A stretch of 63,822 nt of DNA, counting the filler, from Neolecta irregularis DAH-3 (lineage: Eukaryota), in NCBI GenBank assembly GCA_001929475.1. It is 9 parts of 9 records of this genome, joined end to end, with 100 filler letters (N's around TTAATTAATTAA, not from the genome) between each part and the next. Parts side by side here need not be neighbours in the genome. Positions count along the whole stretch, not along the records: positions 1 to 12,685 come from LXFE01000320.1; 8 more parts are not named here. One strand, given 5' to 3'. The number at the start of each line of letters is the position of its first letter. The first letter of the stretch is position 1. The notes under the pieces were generated by a model. That model worked only from the letters and a program-made list of their open reading frames with translations. It did not search any database and had not been told where the DNA came from. The position numbers were made by a program, and so were the translations under genes. This document shows positions 1-12,137 of this stretch, piece after piece.

Positions 1-66
1 ATTTACGTGTTTTTTTGGAAAGGTGGCCGGTTCAGGGTGGTGGCCATTTCATCGCCGCCCATCTTA

Positions 67-537
67 CTTGCCACTCCGACAACCTCTACCACGTGTCTGG
101 TAAGAACTAATGTTCTTACAATATGGCATTAACAGGCCACTTTTGCGTAATTTCACGGATAATGTAGTCATTTCTTCTAAACATTTTGCACCCGCAACAT
201 CAAAATCCAATTTTATTGATTGGCCCTTGCATTCTGAAACTAAATATGCTTTCCCAGATTTCATACATCAGTTATAACTGGCGATCTACACATAGTAAAA
301 GTGTCTTGGACCATTATGAATGCAACACTATCCCAAGAAGAAAACGGGGTAGTCTAGATGTAAGAGTCACAGTTCTTATGATAGGAATCATGAAGGCGTA
401 CCTCACGCGGAGATGTTATCATTAGTATATAAACCTGTCACATTACACATGCCTAACCATGTCCATGTACTGAGGTCAGGTATTGTAAGAACGCAAGGTC
501 TTACCAGACACGTGATAGAGGTTGTCGGAGTGGAAAG
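67..537. mobile_element. MITE-like non-autonomous DNA transposon with 57-bp terminal inverted repeats and TA flanks
   Basis: 67-123 (CTTGCCACTCCGACAACCTCTACCACGTGTCTGGTAAGA...TTCTTACAATA) is the reverse complement of 481-537 with 6 mismatches. TA lies on both sides (65-66, 538-539), as expected for a Tc1/mariner-type target duplication. No credible internal ORF. Confidence 0.65.
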
Positions 538-563
538 TATATAAACGAGTGGGGTTAGGCATA

Positions 564-700
564 CCTAACCTTGTACAATTACTTAGGTTAGAATATACCT
601 GGTCTTATTCGTACTTCGGCGATCGCTTACAGGTATGCTCTCATGTATATTGATGTCCACGTACTGAGGTTAGGAATAAACCTTAGTCTTATTTGTACCT
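564..700. repeat. Dispersed repeat fragment (TACTTAGG(T/C)TAG...GGTCTTAT(T)CGTACTTC...GCTTACAG family)
   Basis: Similar to 22825-22927 at another contig start; internal partial duplications at 452-480 and 653-700. Confidence 0.5.
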
Positions 701-947
701 GGGTTACTTCTTACACTAGACCTGTTGTAATTCAAAATCCGTTACCGTTTTGGGTAGGCACACTTTTTCATGTACACCTGATGATCTGAGGATTGCGAAT
801 AATCACGAGTGTAGAACGCAATGTGAGCAATATCTGTGAAACTCTTGTGACATTGACATCAAAGAAAATACGGACGCTACGAAACAGAAATTTATAAAAT
901 GAAGGGCTCTCCCCCAAGTTTTTATCATCATCAACCGATTGCAAAAC

Positions 948-1376
948 ATGTCCAATCCTCAATTCAATCTTCAAGTCGACGGCCAACCTGATAAATTTCT
1001 CTCTGGGTACCAAACCGCACAAAATTCGAATCTCGCTGTCATTCAAGACCCGGGTCTCAAAGCTCTCTATGAACAACAAGGATCTACCATCAACCAAGTC
1101 ATAGGAAGTCAAGTCTATCTCCGAGCCACTACCAAGAACAATGATACTACTAAAAACATTGGACAGTTATATTTCACTGCTAGCGGTAATGAAGCTTACT
1201 TTGATTTCGACGTCAACGGATATTTACGACACAACGGAAGTCCTGATGTCTTCTTCGTTGGACCAATCACCGTCGATGGTGTAGAGGTTCAAGGTGTCTA
1301 TTTGCAACTTGACAACAGCCAACCAGTTGACTCAGATGGCTTGCAAGCTATTAGATTGCAGCAAATTTTGACTTAA
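948..1376 (+). CDS. Small intronless hypothetical protein (142 aa, Cys-free, beta-rich, no signal peptide)
   Basis: ATG at 948 in AAAACATG context, TATAAA about 55 bp upstream, clean ORF, AATAAA downstream near 1451; family not recognised. Confidence 0.65.
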   Translation: MSNPQFNLQVDGQPDKFLSGYQTAQNSNLAVIQDPGLKALYEQQGSTINQVIGSQVYLRATTKNNDTTKNIGQLYFTASGNEAYFDFDVNGYLRHNGSPDVFFVGPITVDGVEVQGVYLQLDNSQPVDSDGLQAIRLQQILT

Positions 1377-1610
1377 CTTGTATGATCAAAGTATTTGACG
1401 CCTAGCCTTTGTATATGATATGAAGTGTTAAGGGGTTGTAGGCTTTTACAAATAAAGTTTTTTGAAAATCTATCTAAAACTTCCAGCTTCAATATCAGAT
1501 GGTGCCCTTAAGTGTCCAAATTCATACAAAGGATCACGTTGCAGGATTCATATCACAATTAAGCAGAAATACAGTACAGTGAAATCTGATTCAAAGCCTG
1601 AATCTCTATG

Positions 1611-3597
1611 TTACACCTTTACGGTCATAAATGAAACGCCTGCCCTTGCAACCTCAATAGCCTTATTCAACTCAGTCTGGTCCGTGTCCAGCCATTTATC
1701 AATAATATGGTCCCATTTCTTTGTCATGAATTCATGCATGTAATTTTTCTTCCTAGCAGAAAGTCTAGCGTCAAAATCCAAAATCCAAAAATACAAGTAT
1801 ACCTCGACATCTCTGTTGGATCTCCAGTCCCACTAAGTACGACAAACGCTGTATTATTTGGTAATGATTGGTAAATATCTTCAAGTTGTTTGCTTAATTT
1901 CTTCATGACCTGCGCTTTATCGGAAGGTTGCTCTCCAATGTCCGGAACCCATTTTCGACAAACTTCAAGATCCCTTAATCGACTCCATATAAAAGCAGTC
2001 TGTTCGTCCTGAACACCCTCCTGTATTCTTGTGACCCGTTCATCATCAGTTTTGCAAGAAATGCACCGATCTGCTCGAGAGCCGTACCATTGTCCGGTAT
2101 TCCCTTGATCAACTACCAAGCTTTTTACCCCATTTCTGGATAACCTCTCAAATAAACTCTCCCCATCACTTCCGAAAACACCGAAATCATGTCCATTTTT
2201 TACTTTTAATTTCAAAAGGTCGATGCAAGTTCGCGCATCTTCCGCAGAATTGTGTCCTTGTTCACCGAGCTGTATTTCCTTCTTAAGCCATCGCTGTGCA
2301 AGCCATTTTAATCCTGGTTTATAAGGTGGACCCCGGGAATGCGTGTAGATCTCGGTCGTGTCAATAAGATGGGGATGGCGAAGTTTCAATGCACGGAGAT
2401 CGCTCTCTATCGAGTGACCAATGAGAATGGTGTTGTCATTGATGAATTCCAAAAGGTCTTGCTGGATGTCAAGAAGGGTTGTCGTTATGTCGCGAAGCAT
2501 TTCTTCTGTAATTCCAGAGAATCTATATCTATCAAAATCCGGGATTGAGGATATTTTTACCTGGTAACGTAATCTACAATTGGCACTGTTGGCTTCACGA
2601 GTTTATCGTAAATTACCGTTCCTTCGTAATCGACTAAAGTCACCCTTGTGACTTCAGAACCATTTGCAGTGATACACATTTCGCAGTCTAGACCGTAGAC
2701 TTTTGAAGGGCGCAAAAGATCGCCCGGATTTACGAATCTGGCCTCTGTATCTAACCAGCCAGTCTCTAATTCTCCTGAACCCTGCATGCTCGAATGTAAA
2801 GGGAGTTCCCGCTCGATAAACTTTTCAGTCGATAAAAGATACTCTGACACTAGAATCTTATTCCGAGTACCCGCACCTTTAATATGGTAAGATCTATTGA
2901 TAGTAAGAAATTGTACCTTCCAGATTATGTTTTTTCAGTTTCTCTTCAGGCGTTAGAGGTGAAGTTAATAAGACATGTATAGGCGAGTGCAATCGGGTCT
3001 TATCACCAGGTGCTTTTGTGGGCCAAACACTTTTGAATATTTCTTTCAAGCAAGACAATTCTACCGGAGTATTCTCTTCCGTTAACGGAATTGGAAGGAA
3101 ATGATTTGGATTGGAAATCTGGAAATCTGTTGGGTCGATTCCTGGAAGGAGAATCACGACGACTTTCTTGATACATTGCTTGTTCTGGTTTGTTAGATCT
3201 TTAAAATATGTTGAATTACCTGGACCATAAGCCACTGTGGATTTATTCCATCGGCTAAAAGCCAGATTACCAGATCTCGAAGTTGCTGTGGAATCAGGCC
3301 ACTCAATATTGGATGGTAGCCTTACTGAAACTCCGATCTTTTTATTCAGCCCAGATGGCGAAGGTGTAAAAGATGGCAATTGTTTCTAAATGTGTTGAGT
3401 GACATTTCAAGTAGCTCCAATACCTTTAATTTCTTCTCTTTCTTCTTCTGTTTTTTCGATTTTGGTTGTTCCCATCCTTCATCGTCATTACCAACCACAT
3501 CCTCCGCCCTGTGTCCTTGACTTTTCTCAACAATAGAGGATGAAGAATCTGAATTTTTTGCATCTTGGAGTTTCCTTTTCCTGATATCCGTTGCCAT
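1611..3597 (-). CDS. REX1: RNA exonuclease 1 (REX1/RNH70-like DEDDh 3'-5' exonuclease), multi-exon
   Basis: Motifs [25 protein letters not shown] and HNSAEDAR; Lys-rich N-terminus; C-terminal [16 protein letters not shown]. Confidence 0.9.
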
Positions 3598-3964
3598 TAC
3601 TAAGAAAACCCAACAGAGAACGAAGGCGACTAAGGGGAATGAAAAATCTTTTGCGAATGATGGGGTCGATCTCCAAAACATCGATGGGCAGAATTTTGGA
3701 ATTGGATCGGTATAGGAACTAGAGATTTTTTTCATCAATTATAGAAGAAATATATTGATTTGATGTATTGAGATCGTTCTGTTACAATACTGTGTTGACG
3801 CAGTCAACTTGATATTATCGAGTACATCAATAATCTCGGACCTCGAACGATAACGTAATATTATTCGACAATATTCCGTATTTTATTTTTCACGGCAAAA
3901 GAAAAAAGGAGTTGTGATCATATTTCAAATGGTACAAATACAGAATATCTGCTATCACATCTAC

Positions 3965-4815
3965 GTTCTCAAACCATTGTAATTAATATCAAACCATTGG
4001 GTTTTCCCTGAGCCACGATCTTGGATTTTAGTAAAGGTCGTATCCAGATCTCGAGACTCTTCTCTGGCTGTGGGTCGGCATCCCAAGCATCGTTTTGTAA
4101 ATATAGGTTCAAAGGGACATTTCGAAAACAAGACTCGGATCTAATGTGGATCCCGGAATCAACGGCTGAAGGACCAGTTGATCAGATGCACGATTCGTTA
4201 AAGTCATCAAATAGCCTAATCCTACAAACTAACGCCCGCCAGCCTGCCCGTCGCCCCATACGCATTTATTTGCCTCTACTACTGTACGGTTTTCCTCTCC
4301 TTTTGAACCGTGACAATCGTCCCCGTCGTGATGTCCGAAGCGGTTCTTTTTCATTAGAATCCACAACAATTGAAATTGAATCATCGGCCGGGATACTCTG
4401 ACCATTTATTTCTTCCGCTTTGGAAAAATCGGGTTGGTGGTCCCCGGTAGTTGTTCCGTATACTTGTTGTTCAAGGAGCTGTAGTCTATCGTACAAGCCT
4501 ACTGAAAGCGATTGCAACTAACCCCCATATCAACAATTTCATCCAGAAGAAGAAGTACCATGCTAATCTGCTTCATCAGGGTTTCAGTGTTTCCTGAGAA
4601 TATATCGCTTGGGTTACATTGCTGAGGGGCTTCCCCGGTCCCGAATTCATATCTACAAATAGATTAATGATAGGGGTTTTATAGTGAACATTTGTATACG
4701 AAATAACTGCGTCTATCGAAATTGAATACATATCTCTAGACAGTTTCAATTATCAAGAGATATAATAAATAGTACCTTATCTCGTCAAGAAACCGTGGTG
4801 TCGTTCGATACATCT
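3965..4815 (-). CDS. Probable multi-exon hypothetical protein (boundaries uncertain)
   Basis: Coding-like exons (e.g. GLYDRLQLLEQQVYG) separated by short GT..AG introns with branch-site-like motifs; no family recognised. Confidence 0.35.
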
Positions 4816-5276
4816 TTCCTAGTTCTATATTACATCCTTTGCAGTTTAATGTTGTGTATGTGCTGTAGATAAATATGTGTTTGTAAAGAGGGAAATGTGC
4901 CTTCCGATATCGATGCCCTCGGAGCTTGTTCTGAGTATTTCTGAGAGCTCGACAGATTTATTGACGGCTAGATTTATTTAGAGATGGTGGGGCATGGGAT
5001 TACTTGATAGTGATATTGAATTTAATTCACGATGAGAGCAGACCCAACTCCAGCTGTCTCCGACTATTCGAAAGCATTTTGCGCATTGAAATGCTATTGG
5101 CGGGCGAGACTGTTCTTGATGCTGTTCAGCGGGTTGAGAGGCGGTTGACATTTACTAGGTCGACGCTTGTTCATACACAACCCAACGCCACAGTGTATAC
5201 TTGTAAATTCCCATACATGACCTTTAATATAATTTACAGATATCATAAAAACAACTCCAAATGCAAGACCAAGATT

Positions 5277-6619
5277 TCACTTTTTTCTGAATTCCTCCCG
5301 CTCCTCGCTTTTCCAAGCATTTCGGATATCGGCTTCTTTGGCTACAAGTTGTTCCTTTGTAACGCCGTCCCGAATACTCTGCAAGACTTTTTTAACGGTA
5401 GTAATATGGTTTCCCTGTTCTTTGTCGTCTCGAAATCGCAACATTGTCCAGCGGCCGTCTTTTAAAGCGCATTCAACGGTCCTTTCATTCAAGGGTCGTC
5501 CTTGTGCTACTAATTCTTGGAATTGGGCATCAGAGAGAGGAAGATCCGCCCAGTATTCGTAACTGTCCCCGCCTTTCCAAACATACAATTCGAAACTCGG
5601 ACGAGAATTGTAATCATTAGAACCATCGGGGAATTTATTGAAGGCGAGTCGTAACTGAAAATCTATAGAGTTTTCTTCCGCAGGTTTCCATTTGAGACTA
5701 CAAGTTGGTGATTGTTTTGAGATAAGCGCACATACATGTTTTCATTTGTTGCAAAGACATAGGGAGCGTCCCATGATGTAAAGATAAGGCCGTCGTTCCC
5801 GTGTTTTAGTTCGGGCAAAAGTTTATTAAAGAGGAGCGAAAGACCATATGCGAATTGCATTTCTTTAAACTCGACTCTTCTATTAGGGTGGTGTTTGTAA
5901 TAGCATACCTAAAGGGCATATCACGAGAAAATGTCAAATTGGCTTTAAGGAATTTCTGTAACGGCTTGAGAAGCAAATTTTGAACATGCTAGATATTAAT
6001 TCGTTTACTGTGTAGGAAAGAATACGCCCAATCGTTTAGAGTAGTCTCTTTTAATCAAATTCTTGCCATTGATGACCAAGCAATCAAAGACCAAATATCT
6101 CATGACTTGAGATCCGTCGGCTTCAGTATCAATGACTAATTCGCCGTCTAGTATTGTTCGATCGTGAAATGTTTTGCATGTGGGGTCATCTGGAAGGGGA
6201 AAATGAAGTCGAGGAACTTGATAGTAATGATTTTTACGATCAATCTATGTGATGAAAGGGGCGAGAGAAGGAGGAGTAATACCAGATAAACGACTTCGCG
6301 ACAAGGTCTGCTTGGATCTCGATCTGGTTCTGAAGTGATAAACATCAAGCACCGAACTCCATCTGACTTCTCACAAACAAAGAAACTTTAATGAGTCTCT
6401 AGGTTAGAAATTGCATACTCTCTCTGGCGTAGTTGATCCAAGTGGTGCGTTGCGAAGCTGACAGGCTGGGCACCTACCATTACCATATATAATACAAAGT
6501 GTCGCACCAGGAAACTCGTCTACCCTCCGACCAAGGATACTGGCAACTTGTCTACGCAGCAAGGCCATGTGGGTGTCTGCCAACAGTTCTCCGGGAATTG
6601 TGGGAATGGCAGAAGGCAT
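5277..6619 (-). CDS. CEG1: mRNA capping enzyme alpha subunit (guanylyltransferase), multi-exon
   Basis: FPG/AQPVSF, motif I VCEKSDGVRCL, DGEL, YLVFDCL, LKHGNDGLIFT, and W..LRFRDDK..GNH OB-fold motif. Confidence 0.95.
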
Positions 6620-7101
6620 GGAGGGGAATTGTCCTGAGTCGAGCAATGATGGTTCTTTTTGAATGGAGAAATCGCTTGAATGTTTTCCAATATATAAATA
6701 AGATTAAAAGAATAATCGAGTATAGTTTGATGTTTTTGTGTATATATGAGGAATATATGCTTTAGAGTAGACTTGAGGAGATGGGGCCAGACAACAGCCA
6801 TTCCAATGCCACGAGAAATTTCATGTCCGGAAGAGACGCACATCTGTTACAATCACCGGATGCTTTCCTGTGCCGACCGCTTTGTCACGATTAGACATTC
6901 GCTCTTGACACCTGCCAAGATTATATCTCATTTGCGTTCTCTTGATGGAACTAGTTCTGCACAAGTCATTTGGGAAAGATATCTCTGTATGCTTGAACAG
7001 ATTCGAGTGTTGAGTGCGGAGGGGAGTTTAGCACGAAAGGTTATTGATAAGAGATTGCAGAATGAACAGGTTATCTATTATGGGATTGGCGTTGATGATA
7101 G

Positions 7102-7854
7102 ATGGAGAGAATGCTATTTTCTACGGAGGAAGCTTTGAAAGGGAGGGAGATGAAAGAGGGAGAGAAAGAAGGAGAGAAAGAGATGAAAGAAGCAGAGAAA
7201 GAGAAGAGAGGGAGGGAGATGAAAGACGGAGAGAAAGAGAAGAAAGAACAAGAGAACAAGAAGGAAAGAGAGAAGAAAGAAAGAGAGAAGAAAGAAAGAG
7301 AGAAGAAAGAAAGAGAGAAGAAAGAAGACAAGAAAGATAAAGAAGACAAGAAAGATCAAGACAAGAAAGATAAAGGGGACAAAAACGATCACCACATTCA
7401 AGCTACACTGGTCAAATGCACCTCAGAAGAAGCTGTTTCCTCTCTTTCTCAACGAAATGAAGATGCAACGATGGACCGGAATACAATGCATACACCTATG
7501 GAAGCATGTGTGTATACAGTTCAGGTGGGAGAGAGTGGCAATTCGGCTGACAAGGGATGCAAGAAGCGGAGTAGAAAGGCGAAGCAGACTTTACCATTGA
7601 AGCGGGTGAATATGGACGTGGATATGGATGCGGACACTCTCAATTCTCTCAATTCACTCCCTCTCAGTACCTTTTCTCTCAATCCTTGCACTCGCCAATC
7701 AAGCGCGTCCCCTGCCGTTGCGTCCCCCTCACTCCCACTGTATGCATTTCTGTCATCGCAGCAGCCCAACATTCAGTCGAAACAGGCTGGCATTCAATCC
7801 CTGGCTATCGCGCAACCGTTGGATAGAGTATCAGGATGGCGGGTAGTAGAATAG
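7102..7854 (+). CDS. Low-complexity Lys/Glu-rich hypothetical ORF, possibly spliced to upstream 6859-7100
   Basis: 250-aa ORF with (EKKER)n and (DKK)n repeats and a basic NLS-like KKRSRK; the openness may be due partly to purine-only repeats. Confidence 0.35.
   Translation: MERMLFSTEEALKGREMKEGEKEGEKEMKEAEKEKRGREMKDGEKEKKEQENKKEREKKEREKKEREKKEREKKEDKKDKEDKKDQDKKDKGDKNDHHIQATLVKCTSEEAVSSLSQRNEDATMDRNTMHTPMEACVYTVQVGESGNSADKGCKKRSRKAKQTLPLKRVNMDVDMDADTLNSLNSLPLSTFSLNPCTRQSSASPAVASPSLPLYAFLSSQQPNIQSKQAGIQSLAIAQPLDRVSGWRVVE
7140..7385 (+). repeat. Purine-rich tandem repeat including a 15-bp unit (AGAGAAGAAAGAAAG) x about 4
   Basis: Directly visible A/G-rich tract. Confidence 0.85.
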
Positions 7855-7899
7855 ATGACGCCCCAATCAGGTGTATCTGCCACCACCACCTCCTGTGCC

Positions 7900-8907
7900 A
7901 TGCTGCTGCGCCTGCCCAACGAACTGAAGCTGCAGGTGATGCGGGCGCTGGACATTGGCTCTGTGCTGCGGCTGCGGCTGGTGCACTCGCAGCTGTACGT
8001 GGTGATCGACGGGTCGCTCGACGCGGGACTGGGCCAGGCGCTGCTGCGCAACCGCATCGCGGACCACGAGCTGGCGGTGCTGCTTCTGCCGCCGGCGCCC
8101 GCCCTCTGCTCGCCCTGGATCTACATCGGCCAGCTGGTCGCGCAGCACCGCCGCCTCGAGCTGCTTGTCGCCGCCCTGCGCCCGTGCCTCGACCGCGCAG
8201 GCAATGCCGCCGACAAGTCCTACCCGCCCGACTACGCCGCGCAGATGCTGAGTGCGGCCTACGCGTGGTGGCTCGTGCTGCGCCAGTGCTCGAGGCAGCC
8301 TGTCGTCTGCCAGGCGCATATAGCCCATCCGCCGCATATATTCGGCCACCTGCCTGTAGCCGGCCAGTTGCATATAGTCCACCAACCACCCGGAGGCAAT
8401 CGGCCGCCTGTAGTCGGTCAGCCGCCTGTATTCAATCAGCCGCCCGCAGTCAATCATCCGCCTGTAGCAGGTCTGTTGCCAATAGCCAGTCGTCAGCCAG
8501 CCCCCAATCACCCGCCGTTCCTCAATCAACCACCCGTCAAAGCTGTGCTCGCCCCGCTCGACTCGCCGCGGCTGCTGTGGATAGCACGCTACCTGCGCGA
8601 AGTCTTCGAGGCCGGCCAGAGCGGCCACCTGCTCATCGCCCCCACGTTCGCCCACCTGCTCGACACAAAACTCATCGACGACCTCGACCCGCCCGCGCTC
8701 TACGACCTCTTCTTCCACTCCCACTGCCCCTCCCCGCGTCTGCGCGCCCTCAAACACATCCGCGTCTCCACAGAGCTCTACTCAGAAATCGGCGACCTCC
8801 TCAGCGAGCGCGGCATAAAGTACCGCTCCGGCGAATTCGACGCCCTCTTTGACCACCTCCTCCGCACAGCCCGCACAGACTCCTCAGACGACGCCATGTT
8901 GACCTGA
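7900..8907 (+). CDS. F-box-like protein with internal Pro-rich repeats, intronless, GC-rich
   Basis: N-terminal LLRLPNELKLQVMRALDIGSVLRLRLVHSQL fits the F-box consensus; strong GC3 bias in this frame; 18-nt tandem repeats (PPVVGQ/PPVFNQ/PPAVNH/PPVAGL). Confidence 0.7.
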   Translation: MLLRLPNELKLQVMRALDIGSVLRLRLVHSQLYVVIDGSLDAGLGQALLRNRIADHELAVLLLPPAPALCSPWIYIGQLVAQHRRLELLVAALRPCLDRAGNAADKSYPPDYAAQMLSAAYAWWLVLRQCSRQPVVCQAHIAHPPHIFGHLPVAGQLHIVHQPPGGNRPPVVGQPPVFNQPPAVNHPPVAGLLPIASRQPAPNHPPFLNQPPVKAVLAPLDSPRLLWIARYLREVFEAGQSGHLLIAPTFAHLLDTKLIDDLDPPALYDLFFHSHCPSPRLRALKHIRVSTELYSEIGDLLSERGIKYRSGEFDALFDHLLRTARTDSSDDAMLT

Positions 8908-9080
8908 TGTAGGTGCCCTTCATGTATTCATTAGATATCATTACTGTCAACCCATCCCTTGCTTCTTCTCCCTGTATAATTACTTTCTATCACCCCACCG
9001 TTGCCAATCATCAAGCCACACGCCAATCATCAAGCCACATTGCCAAACTGGGAAAGTTTCTGCGACCATCTTACATCATC

Positions 9081-9280
9081 ATGCAGTCAACTGCAGTACT
9101 CTCTTTTCTCCAACGTACGTCATTGCAATAAACTGGTTGGAACTTTATACCATTGACGAGAAATATACAAAGTTATGTAGTTCAATACATGTACAAATAC
9201 ACTTGGTCAGACCTACAGTCTTGCAAAAGCAAATGAAACATGACGATATTCCATCGCCACTTTTATTACATCCATAAAGT
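9081..9280 (+). pseudogene. Frameshifted paralogue of the secreted PAN-like gene at 10521
   Basis: ATCATCATGCAG...TACGTCATTGCAA(T/C)AAACTGGTTGGA...TATACC shared with 10515-10595; a frameshift in the signal-peptide region and a later stop. Confidence 0.65.
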
Positions 9281-10520
9281 CTTACTCTGCTGATTTTCAT
9301 CAATACACGACCAAATGTCTAATTAATTTATTAAATAACAGTCCTTGAGATTTAATATTGTCGAAAATGTCATTGTAATCGCACTCTGTCTGAAATATAA
9401 TTGTTAAGCCATAGCCTGAATGTTTGCAACAGAATGTATATATAGCTCTGACCTATACTTCATCCTCTCTTAGGCTGAATATAGCTTGGTAATTGGTTGC
9501 CTTGCATTCCATGAGATCTCACTGCTCAGATACCTCATAAGCACTCGTTAACATTTCACCGTATTTAAACAAAAATAAACTCCAACTACTAGAACAATCA
9601 AACTATTATCTTGCATACAAAGACTGTTACAAAACCAGGTGCGTTTGACCTTTGCTTTACTTTGAATCAAGTATCACTCATGTTTGATGATAATGTCATT
9701 GAAAGCGCCAGTTTTGGTCTTTTGGAACATACTCTTTTGGAACGAAGTATCCCGGATCCTTCCATATACTCCAAATAGCACTGCGGTTACAAGATCGCGA
9801 TAAAATATTATCTCCGGGACCGACGCAGCATGTCCTGGCGAAGGTTGAGGTACAATGAGTGGCTGTGCCACAATGTTCAATACCTGTACCGCAATCAATT
9901 GCTCATAATTTTCAATGTTAGTAACCATTAACCTCTCCGGAGGACCAGGAACTGCTGCTTCTTCCTGCCTGTTTTTATTATTTTGGAATTCGGTTTGTTA
10001 ATATCTAAGCGGATAATTGGGAATCACAGCCGTTGCTCCAGCTGCCCTATCCAGCTGCCACTCCAGTACTGCTTGGCAGATCCAGGTCGAGTGGGAGAAT
10101 GAACTTGCGCTGTGGAAGCCTGAGTTTGAGAGGCAGAAGTGGGTGGCAAGTATGATGTCTGATGAGGGCAGTTTGCGTGACGATGCGGCATCTGCGGCCT
10201 CCTTGGGACGAGAGTGGTCTGGATACCGTGGTAGTAGGTGTAGCCACAGCAGTACTGAACTCGGATAAATAACCAGTCGGGATATCGACCTACACGAGGC
10301 AGGCAGAGGATGCAGCGACGGAGTCGGAGCGGGATCCTCAACCTGGTAATCTTGTAATGAATTAAACATCCCTGAACGCCACATTCGTTATAAGCAGGTT
10401 CGACTATAAGCATATTGGACTGAACATGGTGTCTCGTTCTAATTTTGGATACCAGAGACAAATCGTTAGTGGCAGACACTGGTATAAGTTTCCGCAATTT
10501 CCACCTATCTCTAAATCATC

Positions 10521-10922
10521 ATGCAGTTCACCTACAGTATTCCCTTGATTCTCGCACCATACGTCATTGCAACAAACTGGTTGGATCCATATACCACAGC
10601 TCACGATGGCGGCATATATCATGATATCCCGGCCATCTTGATCAAAAAGTTATCCTACATTGTACCATTGTACGAGCAAGATACAGACTACTTGGCAAGT
10701 TGGAATTCAGTTGTCCAGTTTTGCGCAAAGGCTTGTACGGAATCAACTGAAACGCACGATCCATGCCGTTCATTCCAAATCGAATTTCCTTCCTCAAGCA
10801 CCCCCGAACGCATCTTTACATGCAACACTTTTCGTCTGCCAGCAGCGCGAGATCTCGACTCGCAAGTCATTGAACCATTTGAAACTGAAAGCATGGCTCG
10901 TGTTACCTTTACGTACATTTAA
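10521..10922 (+). CDS. Small secreted Cys-rich protein, PAN/apple-like
   Basis: Hydrophobic N-terminus; CAKAC...CRSF...CNTF pattern typical of the PAN core. Confidence 0.7.
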   Translation: MQFTYSIPLILAPYVIATNWLDPYTTAHDGGIYHDIPAILIKKLSYIVPLYEQDTDYLASWNSVVQFCAKACTESTETHDPCRSFQIEFPSSSTPERIFTCNTFRLPAARDLDSQVIEPFETESMARVTFTYI

Positions 10923-11165
10923 TTCTCTGATTTACGTTAATCATCTAGCCTTGCCGATTCCAAATTCTTTGTTCCAGATTTTGAAAACAAGCTTTATCGC
11001 AGTGTTTACGATTTCAATACCTGGACGAATAACCTCGGCCAGTCCTACAATATCCCAGACCTAGAAAATTGGAATAGCCAATGGAAACATAACGATATTT
11101 TACATCGGCATCTTTATCCAACCTTTCCAAGCCGCTTTCGACCTAATCGTGATATACATAATATC

Positions 11166-12137
11166 ATGCAGGTTCTATCGACTTTAAAAGGACAAAATTC
11201 TTCTCCAATCTCTCCTTTCGAAATTCTGTCAAGTTACTTGCCGATATTGGCATCGTCCATTGATGACAGAGATGGGGAATCGTTTTCAGTAACAGTGGGA
11301 AACGAAGATATGCAAGTTTATTCAATGTCCTGGGTAAACAGACAACCACGGGAAACATATCACTCCATTGTCAGCGTTCGCGAATATACTTTCGAGTATG
11401 AAGGAAAGAAAAAGGGAGCATTAGGTTTGTTTGTAGCCGAAAAAGAGACGTATGGTGATGATCCCTTCACTGATAAATTCTGGTCAAACAGCATCTACTT
11501 TCCCACCACGATTGATGAAGAAATCCCAGAACCAATACGGAATCAAATTCAAACCGATTTCATCTCTTTTCTCCAAAATGCTCTTCCGTCATCATGGGAG
11601 CTGTCCCAAACGGTTCCGCTACTTTCTGGAATTGAATTCAATTACTGCACCAATGGGAGTTCCAACAGCTCTCTTGACTCCATTTACGGTTTAATATCTT
11701 ACTTGATCAAAAAAGTCGTACCTGGATTTTACGCCCTGCGCGGCGACAGTTGTCTTCTACTTCAAGACTTGGTGATGAATGCTTTGGGAAAGGTATATGG
11801 AATCACTGCACGTGATCTGGACCGGGGTATCCCGCGTTTCAACCCGCCATCAATTTTTAAAGCAAAGTTGAGTGATATCGCGATTATGACGTTTGAAACT
11901 CAAGAGAGTGAAACTGAATCATGGAACGCTTTCGACGTTGCTCAAACTGAAAATGACCAAGAAAATCTTACTGAGTCGATTTTCATCAATAATGAACTGG
12001 AATACATCGATACTCCACCCGATGTATTCTTTCAAAATGGATTCTGGTTTTCCTCTACGATTGAACCTTCGATTTCGCCCACTCATCATAATCAAGTCGT
12101 CTTAAGCATGAAGAGATTCAATTATTATTCAAGATGA
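11166..12137 (+). CDS. Intronless orphan hypothetical protein (323 aa, acidic)
   Basis: Long clean ATG-initiated ORF; family not recognised. Confidence 0.6.
   Translation: MQVLSTLKGQNSSPISPFEILSSYLPILASSIDDRDGESFSVTVGNEDMQVYSMSWVNRQPRETYHSIVSVREYTFEYEGKKKGALGLFVAEKETYGDDPFTDKFWSNSIYFPTTIDEEIPEPIRNQIQTDFISFLQNALPSSWELSQTVPLLSGIEFNYCTNGSSNSSLDSIYGLISYLIKKVVPGFYALRGDSCLLLQDLVMNALGKVYGITARDLDRGIPRFNPPSIFKAKLSDIAIMTFETQESETESWNAFDVAQTENDQENLTESIFINNELEYIDTPPDVFFQNGFWFSSTIEPSISPTHHNQVVLSMKRFNYYSR

Noticed and set aside
7044-7401. Phe/Leu/Ser-rich membrane-like ORFs on the minus strand
   Set aside because: Antisense translation of the purine repeat
7794-8852. Multiple long overlapping ORFs here and at 46136-47701
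   Set aside because: Shadow ORFs from high GC content; only one frame has GC3 bias and recognisable motifs
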